Shown here one piece after another: positions 63,794 through 64,000 of a stretch of 64,000 nt of DNA (position 1 is the first letter of the stretch; each line of letters starts with the position of its first letter). This stretch comes from Aulosira sp. ZfuVER01 (lineage in GTDB: Bacteria > Cyanobacteriota > Cyanobacteriia > Cyanobacteriales > Nostocaceae). Location of the stretch: assembly GCA_034530615.2 (NCBI GenBank), contig JAVRCV020000036.1:64001-128000 (forward strand). The letters are read 5' to 3'. Below the pieces are notes generated by a model. It searched no databases. It was not told where the DNA came from and saw nothing but the letters and a program-made list of their open reading frames with translations. A program made the translations under genes and the position numbers.

Positions 63794-64000
63794 GAGTCAA
63801 GCACAAGCAGGAGGGATAGAGATAGAGAAGGATAAAGTAAAAAATAATTCTGTTTTTGCTTTTCACCCTGATGTTTACCTTAGTTACCAGAAAGCTAAGA
63901 AAATTAATATTAATTATGAATTCTGGATTATGAATTATAAAACTAATGGAGTGTAGCATTTACCATATAATGGCGCAAGCATATCGGAAATAAGTTGAGA

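Overview
Chromosomal window from a heterocystous (Nostocales-type) cyanobacterium, judged from dense HIP1 GCGATCGC sites, STRR/SDR/MITE-like repeats and gene content. In order: a BON lipoprotein; a KaiA-less kaiC-kaiB-kaiB-PAS kinase operon; core genes metK, prk, petH and hom; an uncharacterised membrane protein; a ~6 kb decayed mosaic (sirtuin stub, internally deleted qNor, transaldolase, NB-ARC, epimerase and Crp/Fnr fragments) around an intact methyltransferase/cupin unit and an SDR gene; a complete schizokinen-type siderophore locus (rhb/iuc genes, MFS, fhuCDB, TonB receptor); HCP, DUF2656 and rpsU; a phycoerythrin/chromatic-acclimation region (cpeCDE-x-STR, ccaR, cpcL, cpcD, cpcG); a three-gene tandem-YbjQ operon; a flavin amine oxidase with an inserted module; and a kinase lacking its phospho-His. 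The best candidates for undescribed biology are (i) a reverse L-box (RcaC) at cpeC coexisting with a G-box and ccaR but no ccaS at cpcL, (ii) the KaiC/2xKaiB/HisKA_2 module and (iii) the YbjQ operon. All family assignments come from motif recognition by eye; no database searches were run.
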